Positions 53,319-64,000 of a DNA stretch of 64,000 nt are shown here, piece by piece; the stretch's first letter is position 1, and each line of letters opens with the position of its first letter. The notes under the pieces were generated by a model that worked only from the letters and a program-made list of their open reading frames with translations, did not search any database and was not told the origin of the DNA. The stretch spans positions 21,657,819 to 21,721,818 of the forward strand of contig NC_068996.1 in the NCBI RefSeq assembly GCF_001194135.2, read 5' to 3'. The stretch is from Octopus bimaculoides. Taxonomy: Eukaryota. The position numbers were made by a program, and so were the translations under genes.

Positions 53319-53322
<4 letters not shown>
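51532..53322 (+). mobile_element. pogo/Tigger element, internally deleted, defective transposase
   Basis: TIRs cagtgataccttggcttacgagt and (reverse complement) tagtggtacctttacttatgagt; CENP-B-like IELKKEITEKH, FKACWGWFKNFKKR and QQVFNCDETGLFWKKMPRRT, after which the DDE core is missing. Confidence 0.9.
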
Positions 53323-53368
<46 letters not shown>

Positions 53369-53420
53369 GGAATAGTCGAACGATGAAATGAACGCTCAAC
53401 ATTGGATTGGTGGATATATA

Positions 53421-53676
53421 CTTTATTTGTGAATTAAGGTTACCACTGGTTTCATGTTAAGAAAAGTAGGAAAATATTCTAGTGTCTTACCAATTTTTCA
53501 AGCTGATCACATGGAAAAAGGTGTTTGCTTCCATTTTGCAAAATGGGAGACTTTTCCAAAATGGAGGCGAACACCTTTCTCCATGTGATCAACTTGAAAA
53601 CTTGTTTTAAGACACTAAGATATTTTCCTACTTTTCTTAACATGAAACCATTGATAGCCTTAATTCACAAATAAAG
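53421..53676. repeat. About 255-bp palindrome (about 120-bp arms), followed by a degraded hammerhead-like core at 53741-53783
   Basis: ctttatttgtgaattaagg...ccattttg pairs with caaaatgg...ccttaattcacaaataaag. Confidence 0.85.
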
Positions 53677-53889
53677 AAAATATAATATATGATAGTTAGC
53701 AAGGTGAGACACACAGAAGAAAGAAGAAAGCAAAGGACCACTGATGAGGTCACAGAAGTGTGACGAAAGAACTCTGGCCGAAATAAGATTAATGTAATAT
53801 AATGTAATATAAAGCTGAAGCAAATTAACACCAAATATACAGTGCGTGTGTTTTTATTGGCAAAATTGGCAATATGACCATCCCCAAGT

Positions 53890-53922
<33 letters not shown>

Positions 53923-54081
53923 GATATATCATCATCATCATTGTTTAACGTCCGCTTTCCATGTTAGCATGGGTTGGACGATTTGACTGAGGACTGGTGA
54001 AACCGGATGGCAACACCAGGCTCCAATCTGATTTGGCAGAGTTTCTACAGCTGGATGCCCGTCCTAACGCCAACCACTCAG

Positions 54082-54345
54082 AGTGTACAGTGTTATATAT
54101 CCATTATGGCTGATCTTACCAATCGGTTTCGCGCTAAGGATTCAATGGAATGTTAAGTAACAAACCAATTATGTAACCCTGTGGTTTCTATTCACCTTCA
54201 ACAACAGCTGCCATATTTTATTCCATAACAGCTACCTCTGATGAACGCAGAGTCACATAAATGGATTATTACTTAACACTGTTGAATCCCTAGCAGGAAA
54301 CTAATTTGTAAGATCGGCCGTAATGGATATATAATACTGTACACT
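54082..54345. repeat. Inverted repeat (about 85-bp arms) with hammerhead-like elements
   Basis: agtgtacagtgttatatatccattatggctgatcttacc... pairs with ...gtaagatcggccgtaatggatatataatactgtacact. Confidence 0.85.
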
Positions 54346-54870
54346 TCAGATAATATACCTACCCTATTGAAAGACATACAAGTGCATTCTTTCCTGACTT
54401 ACGGACTTTTAGATGACTTACACACACACACACACAAGCAAATATGTAAAATAAGACAGAATCCAAAGGTTCTGCTGTTCATCTGTGTTGGCAAGACTCG
54501 CATTTCTTTCCTGTCACTTTTCACCGAAGAAGAGCCTTGTTCAAAACATTGGATTTTCCACTCCTCACAGCAAATTTACTGTATCCTTTTTTTTTTTTTC
54601 TATTTTACTATACATGTGAGTGTGTACTTGTTCCCACACACTGCTTAGCTGATTTTGGTTTATTTACATCCTTGTAGTCTAGTGGTTCTGTAATAGTAAC
54701 TTATAGATTAAGTACTAGACTTAAAAAACAAAAACATAAGTACTGAGGTCAATTTATTCAACTGAAGCAGTCAAGATGGTACCCATCTTGGCCTTGGCTG
54801 CAGTCCAATGACTGAAACGAGAAGAAGATAAAAGATGTGAAAGAAAAAAATTAAATGCAAACAATCTCAC

Positions 54871-55574
54871 CACGTTAAGTATTGCTTTCATTTCCGGCAC
54901 ACCTTCCCATGACCACCCACAATAAGTCTTCTTTCTTTTGGAAACCATCAAACACCTTTCGCTCTTGTCCAAGGTAATCTCTTTTATATCACAACCACAG
55001 AGATTTATTTTCTTAAGATTGTCTTTCATTGATGTAGCCTTTTTCATAATTTTCTGGCTTCTCTTATTATTATTATTATTATTTTTATCATTATTGTTAT
55101 TGTTGTTGTTATTGTTATTATTGTTGTTGTTGTTGTTGTTATTGTTATTATTATTAATTTTGGTCTTCTTCTTTGTCTCAGATTTTCTGTGATCCTTCCC
55201 TTCATTCTTCTCAACACCAAGTCTTACACCAACACTTTTAGTTTTGCTTTGAGATATAGGTGACCGCATCAATGATAGTCTTGATGTCTTCTTTGTGCCT
55301 CCACCAACATTGCGTCCTCGCCGTTGTTGTTGTTGTGATGGCACTTTTTGTGGTTGCACAGAAGAACTGTTGTTGCTCACAGTGGCAGTTGTCATCGTTG
55401 CATCAGTGGTTGGATGTTGCACAAAGGGTTGTGTTGGGATTGGGTTGTGTATAAGCACCTTAACCTCTGCATGTGGCACATGAATTGGTAAAGAGTGACT
55501 AAGGACACAAGGCTCTGACAACTGTGGAACCATTGGCGTAGGATGAGAGCAGTAATTCCCATTTGGATAATAAC
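54871..55574 (-). CDS. BAHD1: BAHD1-like gene, coding exon with poly-Asn tract and pre-BAH motif (KRKKTYCGWSWEG)
   Basis: Acceptor ttcactgcag|GT TAT TAT CCA (phase 1) reads GYYPNGNYCSHPTPMVPQ... in frame with ORF 54754-55533. Donor AAC GTG|GTGAGA (phase 0). Confidence 0.85.
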
Positions 55575-55979
55575 CTGCAGTGAAAAATAAAAAACATAGT
55601 TAATTACAAAAATAGACTGAAATATGATGCTCATTTGATCCCTTTGTTAGCATATTTCTGCTGAAATACACCGCCTTTTGTGTCATAGAACCAAATGTGG
55701 TCCTCAGTTGGATTGCTATCAAATGAGTTTTATTCTTTTGTTACCATATTTTGGATGAAATACACTACAGATTTTTTCAATTAATTTTTGAAAATTATCA
55801 AGAATTTATAAACTGTCACAAATTAATCTGGTGTTTAAGACATAAATTAATACTTTAAAACATAGTTTGTATCATAGAACTAGGGTTTGTGTAGAGTTGT
55901 TTGGTACCAAAAAAAAACAAAACACAATGGTACTTTTTGTTTTTTTCAATTCATTTTGAAATATCAAAGAATTTATTAA

Positions 55980-56715
55980 AGATGATGGAAGATCTGAGCA
56001 AGGGAATCTGGGTTTTGGCAAGAAGGATGTGTGTTGGAGTCACCACCTTGAAGCTGAGTCTGAATGAGAACCTTTGCTACCACTCATACAAGAGGTGCAA
56101 GGGAGAAATTCTGATAGCCAAAGGACAACCAGGGAGAACTGCTTCACAAAGCCATAGAAGCACCTGAACAAGCTGAGATAACCTATTGAGCTGGAGATGA
56201 TTTGGTTCTTCTCAAATGAAAAGAACTACTGCTAGGACCAGTTGCACATTGCCTAAAATCCATCTAATGTCCCACATATCATGAAAACCAAGTTTCCCCA
56301 AACTGTGATGGTCTATAGGTGTGTCCACAGCGAGAGTGATGTCATGCCATCCAACATCTTTGAATGGAGCCTTAGACTCAGTTCAAAGCTGACCCTGGCT
56401 GGAGAGGGTTGCTGCTGAAAGGCAGCAAGAATTGACTCCTTGCCTTACCTTCAAAAAGGGTCGCAATACGTTGTAAGAGGAATTGTTAAATCTTCATCGA
56501 CCCCTAATTTTTGGCACCATAATTCTCCTAATTGCAATCCCACAGATTACTATGTGTGGAGTGTGATTAAAAAAAAAAAAAAACAATAACCACTCTGCTT
56601 GCAACACCAAGATCAAGTAGGTGTTTACAGATTTTCCCAGAGAGAGACAATGAGGAATGCATACGCCAAGCTCTGGAGCTGCCTTGAAACTGAGGGCAAC
56701 TACTTTGGGTAAACT
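55980..56715 (+). mobile_element. Degenerate maT/DD37D-like transposase relic
   Basis: VLARRMCVG..LCYHSYKRCKG, MKTKFPQTVMV and FWHHNSPNCNPTDYYVWSVI. Confidence 0.7.
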
Positions 56716-57182
56716 GTTATCTCACAGCCTTAATCAAGTTGATACTTTTTGATTTTTAAAAATACTTTTATTTTTATATTGTTTCTTTTTTTTTAATGCA
56801 AACTGTCATAGGTGTAGGCATGACTGTGGTAAGAAGCTTACTCTTAACCATATGGTTCTGGGTTCAGTCCCACTGTGTAGCACCTTGGGCAAGTGTATTC
56901 TACTATAGCCTCAAGCCAAACAAAGCCATGTGAGTGGATTTGGTAGATGGAAACTGAAAGAAGCCTGTTGTGTAAATGTGTGTTTGCATATGTGTACCTG
57001 TTTGTCTCCTCACCACTACTTGACAACTGGTGTTGATGTGTTTAATTTCTATATTTTATAAACACTATTTGCAAACTTCTCTCACATTCTTTTAAACTTT
57101 CACTTTCTTTCCATTATTACTCTTTGTAACTCTCTAGGAATAGAAAATGCAAATACATATATACAAACATATATATGTTTGT

Positions 57183-57216
<34 letters not shown>

Positions 57217-57529
57217 CATTACATACATACATAAATGTACATTATCATCATCATCATCTAATGTCTGTTTTCCATGCTGTTGGATGGTTTGACAGGGACT
57301 GATCAGCTGAAGAACTGCCCAGGCTCTATGTCTGTTTTCACATGGTTTCTACGGCTGGATACCCTTCCTAACATCAACCACTTCACAATGTGTGCTGGAT
57401 GCTTTTACTCAGCACCAGTATGGGTGGGTGCTTTTTACATCACACCAGCACCTACGAGCCCACAAAATTAGGAATGCTTGGCTGGAGAGGAATGCTGGGA
57501 ACAAGCCTATATGCATGGGTAACCATGTT

Positions 57530-59440
57530 TTTACTTAGTGTGACATGTATTTCCAAGCACAGCAAACCGCCAGGAGTCTTGGTCCTCTATGCGTCCCAAT
57601 ACCTGTAGATCCTTTCTCACCACTTCATCCCACATCTTTCTGGGTCTATCCTTTCCACATATTCCCTCTTGATGCAACTGTCTTCATTTATATGCATTAC
57701 ATGGTCACACCAGCACAGTCTTCTCTCTTGCACATTGCATCTGATACTATGTATACCCATTTTTTCTCTAAAATCACTTATACTCTATCATATATGCACA
57801 CTAACATTACCCATCCAGTGGAGCATACTGGCTTCATTTCTTTCAAGCTTTCACATATCCTCAATAGCCACAGCCCATATCTCACTGCTATGTAGCATAG
57901 CTGTTCATACACAGGCATCATACAACCTGCTTTTCATCTGAGGGAGAGACATTTCGTTACTAAAAGGGGTAGTAGCTCTCTGAATTTCGCCAAGCCTATT
58001 CTTATTTCAGCAGCTGTGCTTTCGGAATAACCTCCTCCACTATTAACTTGTTCACCTAAGTAACAGAAACTGTCTACTACTTCTAAGGATACCACCTGAC
58101 GTTTGATGGAGTCTCTATTTTGCACAATCCTTGGCTTGAAATACCCGCATCGGTCACGACTACGGTCTCACTTGGCTTGACAGGTCTTCAAGCATGGTAT
58201 ATTGCCAACAGTCAGAGTCACTTGTCACTGTGTATGTGACACAGGTGCCAATTATGTGACACTGGCATTGGCCATGAATAGGATTTCACTTAGCTTGATG
58301 GGTCTTCTCAAGCAAGGCATATTGCCCGTTTGAAAAGTGCTTTTTACGTGCCACTGGCACAGATGCCAGCTACACAACACTGGCATTAGTCATGGTTACG
58401 ATTTCACTTGGCTTGACATGTCTTCTCAAGCATGGCATATTACCAAAGGTCTTGGTCAATTGTTACTGCCTCTGTAAGGCCCCCAACGTTTGAAGATCAT
58501 GCTTTATCACACCGTCCCATGTTTTCCTACGTCTACATCTTCCACAGGCTCCCTCCACTGTTAGAGGTTGGCACTTCTTCACACAGTTGTTCTCATCCAT
58601 ATATATTACATGACTATCTGATGTCTCTTATGCCCAACTTTTCTCTCAAGATGCTTACACTCTGTTGTACATGCATACTGACATTGCACATCCAGCTAAG
58701 TACACTAGCCTCATTTCTTTCAAGCTTTTATATGTCCTCAGCAGTCACAGTCCATGTTTTACTGTGATGTAGCATGGCTGTTCACACACAGGCATCATAC
58801 AATCTGTCTTTCACTCTGAGGGAGAGGCCCTTTATTACCAACAGAGGTAGGGGCTCTCTGAACTTTGCCTAGCCTATTCATTTTCTAGCAGCTATGCTTT
58901 CAGAACATCCATCTCCACTACTGACTTGGTCACCTAGGTAATGGAAGCTATCAACAACTACTAGTTTTTCCCCCTGGCATTTTGATGGAGTCTATTTTCT
59001 GTACATTTTTAGTGTTAATTGTACCTGTGCACCTTGCATGCACAAACTATTTTCCCCATTAACCTTCCTCTGATATTGCTGCACCTCTTATGTGTCCATA
59101 GTTTCTACCTATGCCTTTTCTAGTGATTGAGCATTGTTGTATAACTGGCACCCGTGCTGGTGGCATGTAAAAGGCACCTTTTGGTTTTTGGGCCTTACAG
59201 ATGTAATGACGGGTGACCAAGACTGCTGGCAATATATTGTGCTTGAAGGGATTTGGAATTTGTCTACCTTTCTACTTACTAAGACTTTCATTTTTGCTAA
59301 GATTAACTCTAAAACCCTTTGATTCTAGCCTTGCTTCCATACCTGAAATCTTGTCTAGTTCTGGTAGTTATTCAGCTATAAGAACAGTCATCAGCATAGA
59401 CAAGCTCCCAGGGGTAGCCCATCTTAAATTCTTCTGTATA
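57530..59440 (-). mobile_element. Cluster of nested RTE LINE fragments and RTE-tail retroposons
   Basis: LLYADD remnant at about 59385-59405; LEVVDSFCYLG and WAKFRELLP-like motifs occur twice (about 57950-58100 and 58850-58960). Confidence 0.75.
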
Positions 59441-59954
59441 CATACATACATAGATGATGATGATGATGATGATGATCATCATCATCATCGTTTAACGTCT
59501 GCTTTCCATGCTAGCATGGGTTGGACGATTTGACTGAGGACTGGTGAAACCAGATGGCTACACCAGGTTCCAATCTGATTTGGTAAAGTTTCTACAGCTG
59601 GATGCCCTTCCTAACAGCAACCACTCTGAGACTGTAGTAGGTGCTTTTACGTGTCACCCGCACGAAGGCCAGTCAGGCGATACTGGCAACGGCCACGCTC
59701 AAAATGGTGTATTTTATGTGCCACCCGCACAAGAGGCAGTCCAGGGACACTGGCAACGATCTCGCTTGAAAGTCCTTACACATGTTGCGGGCACAAGTGC
59801 CAGAAAGGCGACGCTGGGCGCAGGTGCCATCCCGATATGTTTGTATATATGCATATGTATATATATTTGCATTTTTTGTTCGAAGAGAGTTACAAAGTCA
59901 CAAAAATTTATTATTACATATCATAATGAAGAAATGAAATAATAAATCACTTAC

Positions 59955-62900
59955 CATAATGACTGCAAGGAACAGAAAATTGCCCTCTTCCATAAGTCTG
60001 ATGATGGTAAGGAACATTGGTGAAATTTGTAATACTTCCAATCCCTGTTAAGGTGAATGCTTGGCACTGACTGTGAGCAGAATTATCCCTCCCAGCTCCC
60101 GTTGCTCCAAGCATACACGGAAGTGAAGAACAACTTGGGTGAGTAGTTTTTGTAGAATCTGTCGACGGAGTGGTTTTAGGATGCGATACAATGTTATTAA
60201 CATTTGAAAATTTTGATGAGGATGATGAAGATAGTGATGATGGTGAATTTGAATTCAAATTTTTGTTTTTTGTCGTCAATGTTGCTGTGTCGCATGTTGT
60301 GGTGCCACTACTACTGTTATTGCTACTGCTGCCACTGTTTTGCGTCTTTATTTGCATATCAACACTGCAGTCATCAGAGGGTGAGATATCACTGAGCACT
60401 CGCATGTCAACATCTCGAGAAATATTATTATTGTTATTATTATTATTATTATTTTTTGTCGTGGCAGCCAATTTCTTGCTGTTGTTCTTCACACCACTGC
60501 AGATAGTGTTGCTATTAGTACCACTGGCCAAACAGACTATTTTTGTTGCATCGGCATTCACACCAAGCCCTGTCATTGAGCAGCTACCCAACATCTTCTG
60601 GCTCAATATATCCTCATCTTCATTACTTAAATCCTCACCGTCTGCCATATTATTCATCAAAATCATCCCAAGACCATTCACCCACCGACATGATTGCCGT
60701 CTTGGATTAAATATGTAATGAGTTCTTGCAGAACGATGACTATCTTGGTTCAAGTCTCGTCTTGACTGTCGAGTTTCTTGGCAAAGATCCATTATTGCTT
60801 GGGCATTAAGACTAGCTATTCTCTTTGACGCCTTAACCGGTAATGACTCACATTCCTTTGTTACTGCAAACTTCCTACACATCTGTGCTTTAAGATCAAG
60901 TCCTGTAGGTTTCTCATTTAGTTTACTTGATTTCCGCACTGGTGCTTCTCTTGGCATTATATGTTTGCTACATGATTCTGCTTTAAGATCAAGTCTTGTG
61001 GCTTTCTCAGTTAATTTACTAGATTTTCGTAGTGGTTTTTCTCTCAACATGTGTTTCGTACATGATTGCATTTTAAGATTATCACCAGCAATACTCTTAC
61101 ATTTGTGTGCTTTATATGCTAGGGATCCCTCTGAAGATGAATGTTTTTTACATGACGATTGTAATTCACGGCTAAGGCTTGACGTTCTTGGAGATGTCTT
61201 ACTTGGTTTATGTGATGGAGACCCTTTCATTAACAAAGGTTTTCTGCAAGATTCTCTCTCAGTACTAACTTTTTTTGATCCTTTAAATGTACTTGATTTA
61301 CCATGAGAAAGCTGTGACAATTCTTCCATCACTAAGTGATGTTTACAAGACTGTACATCAGTACAAAGGCTTGCAGCTCTCAGAGATACTTTATTTGGTG
61401 TATGCAATAGTGAACCTTTTGTTAACAAAGGTTTTCCACAAGTTTCTCTCTCAACACCAAGGTTTTTTGACCCCTTACATTCACCATGATGCTGCAGTGA
61501 TTCTTCCATCATAAAATGACTTTCACAACACTCTGTAGCATCAAAACAAGCAATTTCTTTTGGAAATTTACATTCAATTGGTTTCTTTGGTACTGACTTT
61601 CTCATGCTCATCACCGGGTGTTTTTTTTTGTCACAACTTTGTCTATCAAAAGCTGCAACGTTTGTCCTAGCAAACTGAATTTTCCCTGCTTTTCTTACTA
61701 ACAGCGATTTTGCAACCGCTGGACAATTATCACAAGTTTGTCCATCAAAACTAGCAATATTTGCAGATAGTTTTGCTTCTGGAGAAGGCATACATGCTGG
61801 TATAGATTTTAAAATCACCACACTTTTATCACAAGGTTGTCCGTCAAAACTAGTAATGTCTGCAGATAGTTTTGCTTCTGAAGAAGATTTATGTGCTGGC
61901 ATTGCTTTTAAAATACCCACACTTTTATCACAAGTTTGTCCAGCAAAACTAGCAATGTTTCCGGACCGTTTTGCTTCTGGAGAAGGTAAACATGCTGGTA
62001 TTGATTTTAAAATCACTGCACTTTTATCACAAGTTTGTCCAGCGAAACTAGCAATCTTTTCAGATATTTTAAATTCTCCTGATCTCTCTGGCATCAAAGT
62101 TGTTATCACTGCATTCTTATCACAGATTTCTCCATCAAAACTAGTGATTTTATTGGATATTTTAAATCCATCTGATCTCTCTGGCATCAAATTAGTCATT
62201 ACCGCATTTTTATCAAAAATTTCTCCATCAAAACTAGCAATTCTTTGAGATATTTTAAATTTGTCCGATCCCTCTGGCATTGCTTTTGAAATCAACGGAT
62301 GTTTTCCACAAATTTCTCCTTCAAAACTAGCAAATTTCTCAGCTGTTTTATATTCACCTATTCTTGATGATGAACTTGCCACCACTGTGTCTTTTCCACA
62401 AATTTCTCCTTCAAAACTAGTGAATTTCTCAGATACTTTACACTCATCCTTTCTTTTTGACATCAAGTTTGCAATCATTGCATTTTTTTCACAGATTTTG
62501 GAGTCAAAATCAGTGATTTTCGCAGACGCCTTTCCAGGCACCAAATTTGAGACCCCTGCATTTTTTTCCCAATCTTGTCCATGAAAATCACTAATATTTT
62601 TGGAGGTTTTCCCAGACACCAAATTTGAAATTCCTGTGGTGCATTCTTCCCAATCTTCTCCATGAAACCCACCAGAGATTTTCTCATTTGTTTTTCCAGA
62701 TGCCAAATTTGAAATCCTAGCATCTTTTTCCCAAGTTTGTCCACTGAAACCTGTAACTTTCTCTGATCTTTTCCCAGACACCAAATTTGAAATCCCTGTA
62801 GTGCATTTTTCCCAGTTTTCTCCATCAAAACCAGCAACATTTTCAAATATTTTTGCAGGCACCAAATTTGAAACCACTGCATCTTTTTCCCAAGTTTGTC

Positions 62901-64000
62901 CATGGAATCCACTAATGTTTTCAGAGGTTTTCCCAGACATTAAATTTGAAATCCCTGCAGTACGTTTTTCCCAGTTTTCTCCATGAAAACTAACAATGTT
63001 CTCAAATGTTTTTCCAGACACTGAATTTGAAACCCTTGCATCTTTTTCCCAATTTTGTCCATGAAAACCAGCAACTTTTTGTGACCTTTTTCTGGGTACA
63101 AATTTTGCAATCTTTGTGTCGTGCTTTTCCCAATTTTTACCAGACAAATTACATTTATCTGATCTCTCTGTCACTCGTTTTGCCATCACTGGATGATTTC
63201 CGCAAGTTTCTTCATTAAAACCAGGACTTTTCTCAGTCAATTTACACTTATCCGATCTTTCCACCATTTCTTTTGCTATCATCGTATGTTTTCCCCAAGT
63301 GTTTCCTTGTAAACTACCAATTCTTGACAACTTTAATTTATTCAATTTCTTTGGTGCTATTGGTCTCTTTGAACAAGTTTCATAAGTTGGAATATTTAAA
63401 TCAGCAAGACTTTTCGGAACTTTGCGTAATGAATTTTCCATCATAAGCGAATGCTTCTGACAATTAGCTTCATAGCAAATATACTGTTCCTCATTGGAGC
63501 AATACAATTCTTTTGCACAAACACCACCAAGCTCGTTATCAATACTATTAATATTTTTATTACTTACACAAGTATTTTGCATATTACTACCACCACCATC
63601 ATTACTACTACTATTACTACTACTACTACAATAATAATATTTGTTACTACACAGCCCAAATGAAGTAGTAGTTGTTGCACCAGCAGTACTAGAAGGAAAA
63701 CGGCTGCTTCCAATACCATCTAAAGGTGTTGTGTAATTATAACATCTTTTTTTGGGATGTACATCCCCTACAACTTCAGTTGCTGATCGTTTAGTAGGAT
63801 ATATTAATTTATTGTCATCATCTCCAATAATAATTAAATTTGCATAATTAGCATGTGTATCTTTAGCTGATGTTGATACTGCATCAGCAGTAGTAGCGCC
63901 ATCTAATCTTTCATTTGATTTGAGAGCTTTTAAATTTGTAAAATGTAGTGATTTTGCAGTAGATTTTCCTGGATTTTTTTTATTATTAGTAGTATTACTG
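59955..64000 (-). CDS. BAHD1: BAHD1-like gene, giant coding exon (5' partial); low-complexity and tandem-repeat N-terminal region
   Basis: The 1211-aa ORF stays open upstream of its first Met to the window edge (SNTTNNKKNPGK...GGGSNM). It ends CAT TAT G|GTAAGT at 59955 (phase 1), matching the next exon. Confidence 0.85.

Noticed and set aside
60170-62986. Plus-strand and alternative-frame ORFs over the giant exon
   Set aside because: Shadows of a repetitive, codon-biased coding exon.

Overview
AT-rich, microsatellite-dense, gapped animal genomic DNA. The SINE, RTE-tail and mariner families look like those of Octopus (coleoid cephalopod); this is inference from repeat recognition. Two spliced protein-coding genes lie on the minus strand. 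(1) A BAHD1-like chromatin reader: five coding exons at 64000->41541, open at the window edge, with the last codons lost in an N gap. Its >4 kb exon encodes about 21 tandem F-x-G-x-x-(W/C)-x-K repeats. (2) An unidentified Ser/Pro-rich gene: five phase-compatible exons at 22562->4618, continuing beyond what could be traced. Introns and the intergenic region hold tRNA-derived SINEs, RTE, Tx1-like, Hero-like and Penelope-like retroelement relics, mariner, maT, pogo/Tigger and hAT elements, and several foldback structures. Most notable: inverted-repeat hairpins carrying Penelope-type minimal hammerhead motifs; a Tx1-like LINE inserted into a SINE head and sharing its 3' tail with another SINE; oppositely oriented 82-bp minisatellite arrays abutting the start-codon exon of gene 2; and a tandem repeat carrying a tRNA B-box.
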